From positions 7,743-71,742 of the forward strand of contig JAZSGY010000015.1 in the NCBI GenBank assembly GCA_045532985.1: DNA of 64,000 nt, written 5' to 3'. This document shows, one piece after another, positions 57,141 to 64,000 of this stretch. Within the stretch, counting starts at the first letter, position 1. Each line of letters opens with the position of its first letter. This DNA comes from Eubacteriales bacterium (GTDB lineage Bacteria > Bacillota > Clostridia > Oscillospirales > CAG-272). The translations under genes and the position numbers were made by a program. A model generated the notes under the pieces. The model saw nothing but the letters and a program-made list of their open reading frames with translations. It was not told the DNA's origin and did no database searches.

Positions 57141-58039
57141 TGCTTTTCTCTCTTTTCCTCGTAATATCCAAGTGCCTGAAAGCCGTCGTAAAACAGCAAT
57201 AAATACAGCAAAAGTGCCGAAGCGTCCCCGCCCTTTACGGATACGCTCAAAAGAGAATGCCACCCGTAGGCGCTCTTCTCGGAATACAGATCGGAAAGAG
57301 TCAGTCCGTATGCCGAAACTGCCTGCAAAATATCGGACAGGCGCTCGGGCGACGCTGTTTCGATCCGTAAAAGAAGGATCGGGTCGCGATACACCTTCTC
57401 GACGATCCCGCGTGACAAAAGCGCGTAGCGCGTCACGCTTCCTTCCTCCCCTGCGGGAAGATCGACCGTTTCGCAAATACGAAGCTCATACTGAAGCATC
57501 AAGGAAAACGGAACGCGCAAGCGGCCGTCCTCCTCATTGTAGATCGGCAAAATACAGTAATCGCTGTATCCACCCGATACCTCCTCACACACGTCGCGCA
57601 AGCTGTGGCTCGCCACCACGCGAGGAGACGCAAAGCCCTTTGCAAACAGGTCGAAGGCAAGGTCGGAGTAGCGATTCCGCACGAGCGAAATACGCTCGGC
57701 GTGCTCGGTCGGCTCTGCCATATCCAAAAGGCTGAAGCCCGACGGCGAGCAGATCTTCTCCTGCGTCAACCGACGCGCGACCTCACCCGCAAACGCGATC
57801 GTATCGTAAAGCGAAAGGATCTGCCGAAGCAACGTGTCATCGTTTCGCTCACGCTCGCGAAGCGGACAGCTCTCTGCCAAAACGGCGTCGGTAAGCGCGA
57901 GTCCGCCCTTTACCGATCGGATCACCTCATCTGCAAAGGCGTGCGCTAAGGCGTGTGCGTAAAGCGTTCGGCGCTCCGACTCACGCGCCATTACCCCGTC
58001 GCTGAAGGCGAGGTTTTCGATCCAAGCCTGCCCGCTCAT
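57137..58039 (-). CDS. divergent prephenate-dehydratase-like (PDT plus ACT-like) protein
   Basis: DYCILPIYNEEDGRL and VTRYALLSR align by eye with the PDT blocks DYGVVPIENS.EG and TRF.v.s. An ACT-like tail follows. The GPxGTFS substrate motif is not conserved. The ATG overlaps the htpG stop by 1 nt. Confidence 0.55.
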   Translation of the reverse strand: MSGQAWIENLAFSDGVMARESERRTLYAHALAHAFADEVIRSVKGGLALTDAVLAESCPLRERERNDDTLLRQILSLYDTIAFAGEVARRLTQEKICSPSGFSLLDMAEPTEHAERISLVRNRYSDLAFDLFAKGFASPRVVASHSLRDVCEEVSGGYSDYCILPIYNEEDGRLRVPFSLMLQYELRICETVDLPAGEEGSVTRYALLSRGIVEKVYRDPILLLRIETASPERLSDILQAVSAYGLTLSDLYSEKSAYGWHSLLSVSVKGGDASALLLYLLLFYDGFQALGYYEEKREKQ

Positions 58040-59889
58040 CAGGAAAGCATAGAGAGAAGCTCGTAGCTGTCCTTTAAGAAGTGCTTCATCTCATCGGCGG
58101 AAAGCGGGCGCTGAGATACCAGTGCCAACGAATAGATCTGCTTTGCCACCGCATCTGCCTTCTCGCCGTATCCGCCGTCGGACAGGCGCTTCACGATCGG
58201 GTTTTGAGTGTTGACGATCAACGTTGCCTCACTCGGCATCGGAGACGGACTGTCGGGCATATACATCTTCATCATTTCCTCCATACGGCGTGCGTCTTCG
58301 GAAATATTCAGAATTGCGGGAACCGTTTCGTCGGCCAAGACCTCGGCACGCACGGAGAGCTTCACACCGTCGCCTGCAACCTTTTCGAAGAAGGTCGCGA
58401 TCGCCTCGGCATTCTCTGCCTCACCGTCGCCCTTGAGCGCATCAGTCTCGGCGTCGACGCGAACAAATTTTACGCCGTCGGTATAATGCTCGACCGACTC
58501 GGCAAAACGCGTGTCAAGGATCGAATCAAAGAGAACGACCTTGATGCCCTTTGCCTCATACATTGCAATATACTGAGCCTGCAGCTTTTCGTCGGTTGCG
58601 TAGTATACTTTGCCCTCGTGCTTTTCCTTTGCGTCGGTAAGATATTCCTCCTTGGTCATAAATCCGCCGCCAACCAAAGCAAACAGCAGAGATTTTTCAA
58701 CGCGATCGTAGAATTTGCGGTCACACATACAGCCGTATTCCACGAAGGTACGGATATCCTTCCAGATCTCCTCAAAGCGTTCGCGCTGCTGATTGAACAG
58801 CGAGTTCAGCTTATCGGCAACCTTTTTGATGATGTGCGCGGAGATCTTGCTGACGTATCCGCTATTCTGAAGATAGCTTCTCGATACGTTGAGGGGCAGC
58901 TCGGGGCAATCCAGAACGCCTCGGAGCATTAAAAGATATTCGGGAATGACCTCCTTGATGTTGTCAGCCACGAAGACCTGATTGTAGTAGAGCTTCACCT
59001 TGCCTTCGAGGCTTTCGTACTGATCGCGGATGCGGGGAAAATAAAGGATCCCTTTGAAATTCAGTGGATAGTCCGCGTTGATATGCATATAGAAAAGCGG
59101 TTCCTTGTAGTCGTTGAAGACCTTCTGATAGAACGCCTTGTATTCCTCGTCCGTACAGTCCGAGGGGTTCTTCTGCCAAAGCGGATGGGTGTCGTTGATC
59201 GGCTTTTCTTCTTCAGCCTCGCCCTCCTTCTTCGGCTCTTCCTCCTTCTCCTCGTCAATGAGATAGATCTCGGTCGGCATAAAGGAGCAGTAGCGGTCAA
59301 GGATCTCGCGCAGCTTATACTCACTCAGGTATTCCTCTCCGTCAGCACTGACGTGCATTACGATCGAGGTGCCGTGGGTATCGCGGTCCCCTGCTTCAAT
59401 TTCATAGTTTCCTTCCTCGGTGCAGGTCCAGAAGACCGCGGGGGCGTCGGTGTAGGATTTCGTCAGAATGTCAACGCGATCGGCGACCATAAACGAGGAA
59501 TAGAAGCCCAGACCGAAGTGACCGATGATACCGTCGCCCGATTCCTGCTCGCCCTCGTATTTCTGAATGAATTCGACAGCACCCGAAAGAGCCATATTGC
59601 AAATATAACGCTCGACCTCATCCGCCGTCATACCGATACCGTTGTCGGTCACGGTGATCGTCTTATCACTCTTGTTGAAGCTGACGGTAATGCGGTATGC
59701 ATCCGTATCCGCCTCGTACTGGCCGAGCGAGGAAAGTCGGCGCAGCTTTGTGACAGCGTCGGATGCGTTTGATACGAGCTCACGCAGAAAGATCTCCTTT
59801 TCGGAATAGAGCCATTTTTTTATGATCGGGAAGATATGCTCGGTCTCAACCGAGATGCCTCCGTTTTTCTTCATATTTTCGTCTGCCAT
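58039..59889 (-). CDS. htpG: molecular chaperone HtpG (Hsp90)
   Basis: The GHKL ATPase N-domain FLRELVSNASDA...DNGIGM...GHFGLGFYS and the full-length Hsp90 architecture (616 aa). Confidence 0.95.
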   Translation of the reverse strand: MADENMKKNGGISVETEHIFPIIKKWLYSEKEIFLRELVSNASDAVTKLRRLSSLGQYEADTDAYRITVSFNKSDKTITVTDNGIGMTADEVERYICNMALSGAVEFIQKYEGEQESGDGIIGHFGLGFYSSFMVADRVDILTKSYTDAPAVFWTCTEEGNYEIEAGDRDTHGTSIVMHVSADGEEYLSEYKLREILDRYCSFMPTEIYLIDEEKEEEPKKEGEAEEEKPINDTHPLWQKNPSDCTDEEYKAFYQKVFNDYKEPLFYMHINADYPLNFKGILYFPRIRDQYESLEGKVKLYYNQVFVADNIKEVIPEYLLMLRGVLDCPELPLNVSRSYLQNSGYVSKISAHIIKKVADKLNSLFNQQRERFEEIWKDIRTFVEYGCMCDRKFYDRVEKSLLFALVGGGFMTKEEYLTDAKEKHEGKVYYATDEKLQAQYIAMYEAKGIKVVLFDSILDTRFAESVEHYTDGVKFVRVDAETDALKGDGEAENAEAIATFFEKVAGDGVKLSVRAEVLADETVPAILNISEDARRMEEMMKMYMPDSPSPMPSEATLIVNTQNPIVKRLSDGGYGEKADAVAKQIYSLALVSQRPLSADEMKHFLKDSYELLSMLS

Positions 59890-59926
59890 ATTGAACCTCC
59901 GAAGTTAATATAATAATTCAAGTTAT

Positions 59927-59955
59927 ATTATACTATATATTCGGCGTCAGTGCAA
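59927..59955 (-). promoter_or_regulatory. sigma-A promoter of the htpG operon
   Basis: On the minus strand: TTGCAC (59955-59950), a 17 nt spacer, then TATAAT (59932-59927). Confidence 0.65.
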
Positions 59956-59983
59956 TTATTTTTTTGATTTTTTTAAAGATTTT

Positions 59984-60016
59984 TCAGAAAAAAGAGAGCC
60001 GTCCCGCAGGACGGCC
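59984..60016 (-). terminator. rho-independent terminator of feoAB
   Basis: Stem gccgtcc / ggacggc with loop cgca. On the minus strand it is followed by tctcttttttct. Confidence 0.8.
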
Positions 60017-60019
60017 CCT

Positions 60020-61945
60020 TCAAAACAAAATCTGATATACGGCGTTGATAGCCATACAGCAAAGAATGCCGACGAGAGTTGGCAGAATCGCGGCGAACGC
60101 CGTCCACCGCCAGCTTGCCGTTTCGCGCCGCACGGTCAAAAGCGTCGTAGAGCACGGAAAATGAAAAAGACAAAAAATTGCGGTACAGATCGCCGTGATC
60201 GGCGTCCAACCGTTTTCGAGAAGGAGTGACTTGAGCGTTCCAAGCTCCCCGACTTCAACGAGCGATCCTGTCGATAAATACGCCATCAGAATGATCGGCA
60301 GAAGGATCTCATTGGCGGGAAAGGCGAGGACGAAGGCGATGAGGATCACGCCGTCAAGCCCCATCAGTCGCGCAAAGGGATCGAGAAAATCTGCTGCGTG
60401 CGACAGAAGGCTTTCTCCCCCGAGTGTCAGATTGGCAAACAGCCAGATCAGAAGCCCCGCGGGGGCTGCCACTGCAACCGCCCGTAAGAGGACGAAAAGC
60501 GTGCGCTCCCTGACTGAGGTCACGAGAATGTGGAAAACGCGCGGACGTCGGTAGGGCGGCAATTCAAGCGTAAAGGCGGACGGAGTGCCGCGCAAAAGCG
60601 TTGCGGAAAGAAGTCGCGTCACCAAGAAGGTCATCCCAACCGCCAAAACGATGAGAAGAAGCAAAAGAAACGCCGACAGAACCGAGGAGAAAAAGCCCCC
60701 GACCGCTCCGACGAAGAAAAGAGTGATGAGCGTAATCAGCGTCGGGAAGCGGCCGTTACACGGAACGAAGGCGTTGGTCAGGATCGCAAGCATCCGTTCC
60801 CGCGGTGAGTCGATGATCCGGCATCCGACGACCCCCGCCGCATTGCATCCGAAACCCATACACATCGTGAGTGCCTGCTTGCCACAGGCATTGCATTTTT
60901 GAAAGGGGCGATCCAGATTGTAGGCAACGCGCGGAAGATATCCAACGTCCTCCAAGAGGGTGAAAAGCGGAAAGAAGATCGCCATTGGTGGCAGCATGAC
61001 CGCAACCACCCAGGAAAGCACGCGATACACACCGTCGAGCAGTGCGCTACGCAAAATATCCGGAATTTCAAGGATATAAAACAAAGCAGATAGTTTTTGA
61101 TAGATCCATTCAAACCCGCTCGAAAGCAACGTAGACGGATAATTTGCCCCGTAGATCGAGATCCAGAAAACCAAAGCGAGCAACAAGAGCATCATAGGAT
61201 ACCCCCACAGCCGCCCCGTCAGAATACGGTCGATTTTGCGATCGCGGTCGTCGCGAGCTGCTCCGTCGCTTTTTACAACGCCGTCGCAGATCTCCTCTGC
61301 CGCTTTATAAAGCGCCGCGACGCGCTCCTCCTCCGTCCCATCCTCCTCTGGATAACGCACTTGATAGGGGTGCTGTTCTTCGTTCTCAAAGGAGCGGTCA
61401 AGTGCTCTCAGGATCTGCTGTACACTTCTCTTTTCGTGTGCCACACATCCAACTACGGGAACGCCGAGGCGCTTTGAAAGCAGATCAAGATCGATGCGAA
61501 TATGCTTTCGCTTTGCCTCGTCAAGCAGATTGACGCAGATCACGGTGCGTCTTGAAATTTCAAGCGTTTGCAGTACCAGATTCATATTCCGAGCAAGGCA
61601 GGTTGCATCGCAAACCACGACGACGGCATCGGGCACCTCCGAGCAAAGAAAATCGCGTGCGACCTCCTCCTCTGCCGAATGAGCGAGCAGCGAGTAGGTT
61701 CCCGGAAGGTCGACGAAAACGTAGCCGTTTCTGTCGCTCTCACAGTGTCCCTGTGCAGTCGCTACCGTTTTGCCCGGCCAATTTCCCGTGTGCTGATTCA
61801 TTCCCGTCAGGGTATTGAAAACACTGCTTTTCCCTACGTTTGGATTGCCTGCAAGGGCGATCACCTTATCGGTTTCCTTCTCCTTCAGAATTTTCGGTCC
61901 GCTGTCAAACGCACCGCGTCCGACGGCACGATTGGTAAGCCCCAT
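60020..61945 (-). CDS. feoB: ferrous iron transporter FeoB
   Basis: The N-terminal G-domain ALAGNPNVGKSSVFN and DLPGTYSL, followed by a polytopic membrane domain. Confidence 0.95.
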   Translation of the reverse strand: MGLTNRAVGRGAFDSGPKILKEKETDKVIALAGNPNVGKSSVFNTLTGMNQHTGNWPGKTVATAQGHCESDRNGYVFVDLPGTYSLLAHSAEEEVARDFLCSEVPDAVVVVCDATCLARNMNLVLQTLEISRRTVICVNLLDEAKRKHIRIDLDLLSKRLGVPVVGCVAHEKRSVQQILRALDRSFENEEQHPYQVRYPEEDGTEEERVAALYKAAEEICDGVVKSDGAARDDRDRKIDRILTGRLWGYPMMLLLLALVFWISIYGANYPSTLLSSGFEWIYQKLSALFYILEIPDILRSALLDGVYRVLSWVVAVMLPPMAIFFPLFTLLEDVGYLPRVAYNLDRPFQKCNACGKQALTMCMGFGCNAAGVVGCRIIDSPRERMLAILTNAFVPCNGRFPTLITLITLFFVGAVGGFFSSVLSAFLLLLLIVLAVGMTFLVTRLLSATLLRGTPSAFTLELPPYRRPRVFHILVTSVRERTLFVLLRAVAVAAPAGLLIWLFANLTLGGESLLSHAADFLDPFARLMGLDGVILIAFVLAFPANEILLPIILMAYLSTGSLVEVGELGTLKSLLLENGWTPITAICTAIFCLFHFPCSTTLLTVRRETASWRWTAFAAILPTLVGILCCMAINAVYQILF

Positions 61946-61946
61946 T

Positions 61947-62189
61947 TCAAAGCACCGCCTTCAAAAAGACAGTTTTTGCGTCTTTTTTTCGGATGGCGAT
62001 CACGGCGCCGCGGATCAGGTAGGCTGACGGGTCCCCTCCGGGACTCTCGCCGATGCATTGTACTTCGGTATTTTCTACAAGTCCGATATCGAGAAATCTG
62101 CGACGCATATCGCCGCTTATATGAATTTGATCCACGACTCCGCACTCTCCCGGGCGCAGTTCGCAGAGATACTTGAACGGTCGATTCAA
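61947..62189 (-). CDS. feoA: FeoA-family protein
   Basis: An 80 aa SH3-like FeoA pattern (L.EL..G....V..I......RRFLDIGL..G). A TTG start at 62189 lies 9 nt after GGAGG. Confidence 0.8.
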   Translation of the reverse strand: MNRPFKYLCELRPGECGVVDQIHISGDMRRRFLDIGLVENTEVQCIGESPGGDPSAYLIRGAVIAIRKKDAKTVFLKAVL

Positions 62190-62309
62190 GAGGACTTTCC
62201 TCCATAGGTCAAATTGTAGAATGCTACATTCATAGCATATTCAACGATCTGCTCACCGCCACGTATACAAAAAAACTGCCACCTCCTTCCCCTTTCGACA
62301 GAAAAGCAC

Positions 62310-62338
62310 TTGACTTTTTTTAGAAAATGCTCTATAAT
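62310..62338 (+). promoter_or_regulatory. near-consensus sigma-A promoter in front of the tRNA-Pro-like fragment
   Basis: TTGACT (62310-62315), a 17 nt spacer, then TATAAT (62333-62338). Confidence 0.7.
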
Positions 62339-62351
62339 ACTGTTCGTGCTT

Positions 62352-62416
62352 CGGGATGTAGCGCAGCTGGTAGCGCGCCTGGTTTGGGAGCAGGACACCG
62401 ACTACACTCTCCGAGA
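62352..62416 (+). pseudogene. tRNA-Pro-like fragment lacking a T arm (pseudo-tRNA or integration/duplication remnant)
   Basis: CGGGATGTAGCGCAGCTGGTAGCGCGCCTGGTTTGGGA matches the acceptor 5' strand, D arm and UGG anticodon loop of tRNA-Pro. After about 62390 there is no GTTCGAATC T loop and no acceptor complement (GCAGGACACCGACTACACTCTCCGAG). Confidence 0.65.
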
Positions 62417-62557
62417 AAATAAAAAACGCCGAAAAGCCTTGTAAACACTGACTTTTTCGGCACTCTGCTCTCTCGCAAAAACCTCTATAAAAGTGGTTTG
62501 ACCACATGTTTGACCACTTACGGAAATTGACCTAAAAATTGAATATTTTTCACACAT

Positions 62558-62633
62558 CGGGGTGTGGCGCAGTTGGTAGCGCGCGACGTTTGGGACGTCG
62601 ATGCCGCAGGTTCGAATCCTGTCACTCCGACCA
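62558..62633 (+). tRNA. tRNA-Pro (anticodon UGG)
   Basis: CGGGGTGTGGCGCAGTTGGTAGCGCGCGACGTTTGGGACGTCGATGCCGCAGGTTCGAATCCTGTCACTCCGACCA. It folds as a complete cloverleaf with anticodon loop TTTGGGA and an encoded CCA. Confidence 0.92.
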
Positions 62634-62670
62634 AAAAGCCTTGAAAACATTGTGTTTTCGGGGCTTTTTA
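62634..62670 (+). terminator. composite hairpin after tRNA-Pro
   Basis: aaagcc..gaaaac-attgt-gttttc..ggcttt followed by tta. About 29 nt of it are homologous to 62432-62460, downstream of the tRNA fragment. Confidence 0.55.
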
Positions 62671-62703
62671 CAATATACCAATTTAATTGAGGTGAATATC
62701 AAA

Positions 62704-64000
62704 ATGGCAAAAGAGTTTAAAGTCTTTTTCTCTTGGCAATCTGATTTATCAGCCAACCAAACAAAACTTTTCATCGAAGAAAGCATCGAAATGGCAAAAA
62801 AACTTTTGCCTGATTCGATAACACTTATTCCAGACGAAGCTACACGTAATCGTTTAGGATCACCAGATATAATGAATTCAATTTTTGAAAAAATTGATGA
62901 CTGCGATTTGTTTATCGCAGATGTCAGTATTGTGGGGCAATACTCCCTGCCTGCCGAAGAAGGAGAAGATCCTATAATCAAACATCTCCCCAATCCTAAC
63001 GTTCTTCTTGAATTAGGATATGCTGCAGCGCGCATTTCTTGGGACAGATGTATTTGTTTTGCTAATACTAAATTTGGTTCTGTTTCACAATTGCCTTTCG
63101 ATTTAAATCACAGAAGAATAACCGACATTTCATATGAAAACAGTACTCGTAAGCAGAAAATTTCTGACATCGCAGAGATAATCAAATCAACTGTACTCGC
63201 TTACGCAGATAAACCTATTGCAAAAATCGGATTCGCACACCACATGATAGGCTGTTTTGATTTTAATAGTGGCGACATTGTAGGTGAAATTATTCCTTAT
63301 AACAACGTCACCATGGATGCGTATTGTAGAAAAACTCAAACATTACTCGAAAAAGCCAAAGCAACAGTTATTGAAATTTCAGAAATCAAACTTCCTGCTA
63401 AAACAATTGTTGTGGAAGAAGATTTTGAAGAAAAAAATGGGGACATGACTATCAATGATATTTTAAAAGATCCTGAATTGTCCAAACAATTTTCGTTAAT
63501 AACATCAAATGCCCATGATGTAAAAATTGACAAAGAATATATAACTGCAAATACAAAAAAATACTTTGGCATTGATATTGAAGATAGCTTTTATAATGTA
63601 GGCAATTTACAAGAGTGTTCATCCATTATCCCTCATACCCCTCCTTCTTTAGAAGGATCAGATTTAGAAAAGAAAAAATTTAATTTGATTGAACAATTAG
63701 AGGGTATGTTTGCAAAAATCGAGTTAAGAGAAGTTTTTCGAAAATTATTTGATGATATCCTCATTATTCCACTGTCGATAAAAAATGCGTCAACCAAAAA
63801 TGACGAAAGAATATCGATTAATATTAAAATTAACCAAGGAATGCCTATACGTCCCACATCAAAGTTTTTTGATCCCGATTATGCTGGATTGGAAGGATTG
63901 GTATACGATGAGCATTTGATAAAAGAACTATTGAAACTGCCAGAAAGCAGTCTAATCAAGTACGATTCATCGTTTCCCAGAGAAGCAATATCCCCAGTTG
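62704..64000 (+). CDS. large uncharacterised protein with an N-terminal TIR / nucleoside 2-deoxyribosyltransferase-like domain; 3' end outside the window
   Basis: I translated 62704-64000 by hand and found 432 codons with no stop. An RBS gaggtg lies 9 nt upstream. The N-terminus is KVFFSWQSD...CDLFIADVS...NPNVLLELGYAAA...PFDL. This ORF is absent from the supplied track because it is open-ended. Confidence 0.8.
   Translation, partial: MAKEFKVFFSWQSDLSANQTKLFIEESIEMAKKLLPDSITLIPDEATRNRLGSPDIMNSIFEKIDDCDLFIADVSIVGQYSLPAEEGEDPIIKHLPNPNVLLELGYAAARISWDRCICFANTKFGSVSQLPFDLNHRRITDISYENSTRKQKISDIAEIIKSTVLAYADKPIAKIGFAHHMIGCFDFNSGDIVGEIIPYNNVTMDAYCRKTQTLLEKAKATVIEISEIKLPAKTIVVEEDFEEKNGDMTINDILKDPELSKQFSLITSNAHDVKIDKEYITANTKKYFGIDIEDSFYNVGNLQECSSIIPHTPPSLEGSDLEKKKFNLIEQLEGMFAKIELREVFRKLFDDILIIPLSIKNASTKNDERISINIKINQGMPIRPTSKFFDPDYAGLEGLVYDEHLIKELLKLPESSLIKYDSSFPREAISPV

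Noticed and set aside
62253-62650. Minus-strand ORFs 62253-62507 and 62402-62650.
   Set aside because: They are translations across the tRNA-Pro units and their spacers (ARYQLR... is the tRNA D/anticodon region read in reverse). They are not genes.
62622-63857. Minus-strand ORFs 62622-63035, 63336-63572 and 63633-63857 in the AT-rich end region.
   Set aside because: They are short, low-complexity and antisense to a single uninterrupted plus-strand frame (62704 to beyond 64000) that has an RBS and a recognisable N-terminal domain.

Overview
This 64 kb window looks like the chromosome of a moderately GC-rich Firmicute of the Clostridia type. That assignment is an inference from gene content and gene order; no search was run. 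About 97% of the window is tightly packed housekeeping DNA.

Genes from left to right:
- A compact dcw cluster: murF (5' end cut by the window edge), mraY, ftsW, murG, ftsZ.
- Citrate synthase and a ComF-like protein.
- Two tandem G3E/CobW-type GTPases, then tRNA-Lys.
- Enolase, a LysM protein, tatD and metG.
- holB, ricT, a ferredoxin, a methyltransferase and rsmI.
- An accessory-looking block at 20.6-31 kb. It holds sugar-phosphate isomerase-like TIM barrels, 2-hydroxyacid dehydrogenases, HD and HAD hydrolases, and a five-gene redox operon divergent from an AraC regulator.
- A P-type ATPase preceded by a probable yybP-ykoY (Mn2+) riboswitch.
- manC-like, a dGTPase-like protein, fba, sufC plus a sufB/D-family gene, a pseudouridine synthase, ackA and tmcAL.
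- A DUF3048-like lipoprotein, an asparaginase, efp, pepP and yqeG.
- tRNA-Gly and tRNA-Arg.
- An SPFH protein with zinc ribbons, then hemW, lepA and a phosphohexomutase.
- An htpG operon, then feoAB.

The most unusual part is the right end. A consensus promoter drives a tRNA-Pro-like fragment that has no T arm. An intact tRNA-Pro follows it. From about 62.63 kb the sequence becomes clearly AT-rich, about one third G+C in hand-counted lines against more than half elsewhere.

That AT-rich stretch carries one long plus-strand ORF, from 62704 to beyond 64000. The ORF track does not list it because it runs off the window. Its N-terminus looks like a TIR / nucleoside 2-deoxyribosyltransferase-like domain, and I do not recognise the rest. 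I read this as the edge of a tRNA-linked horizontally acquired island with a candidate defence or effector gene.

I saw no rRNA genes, CRISPR arrays, transposases or integrases. All calls come from reading the sequence and translations by eye; no database search was run.
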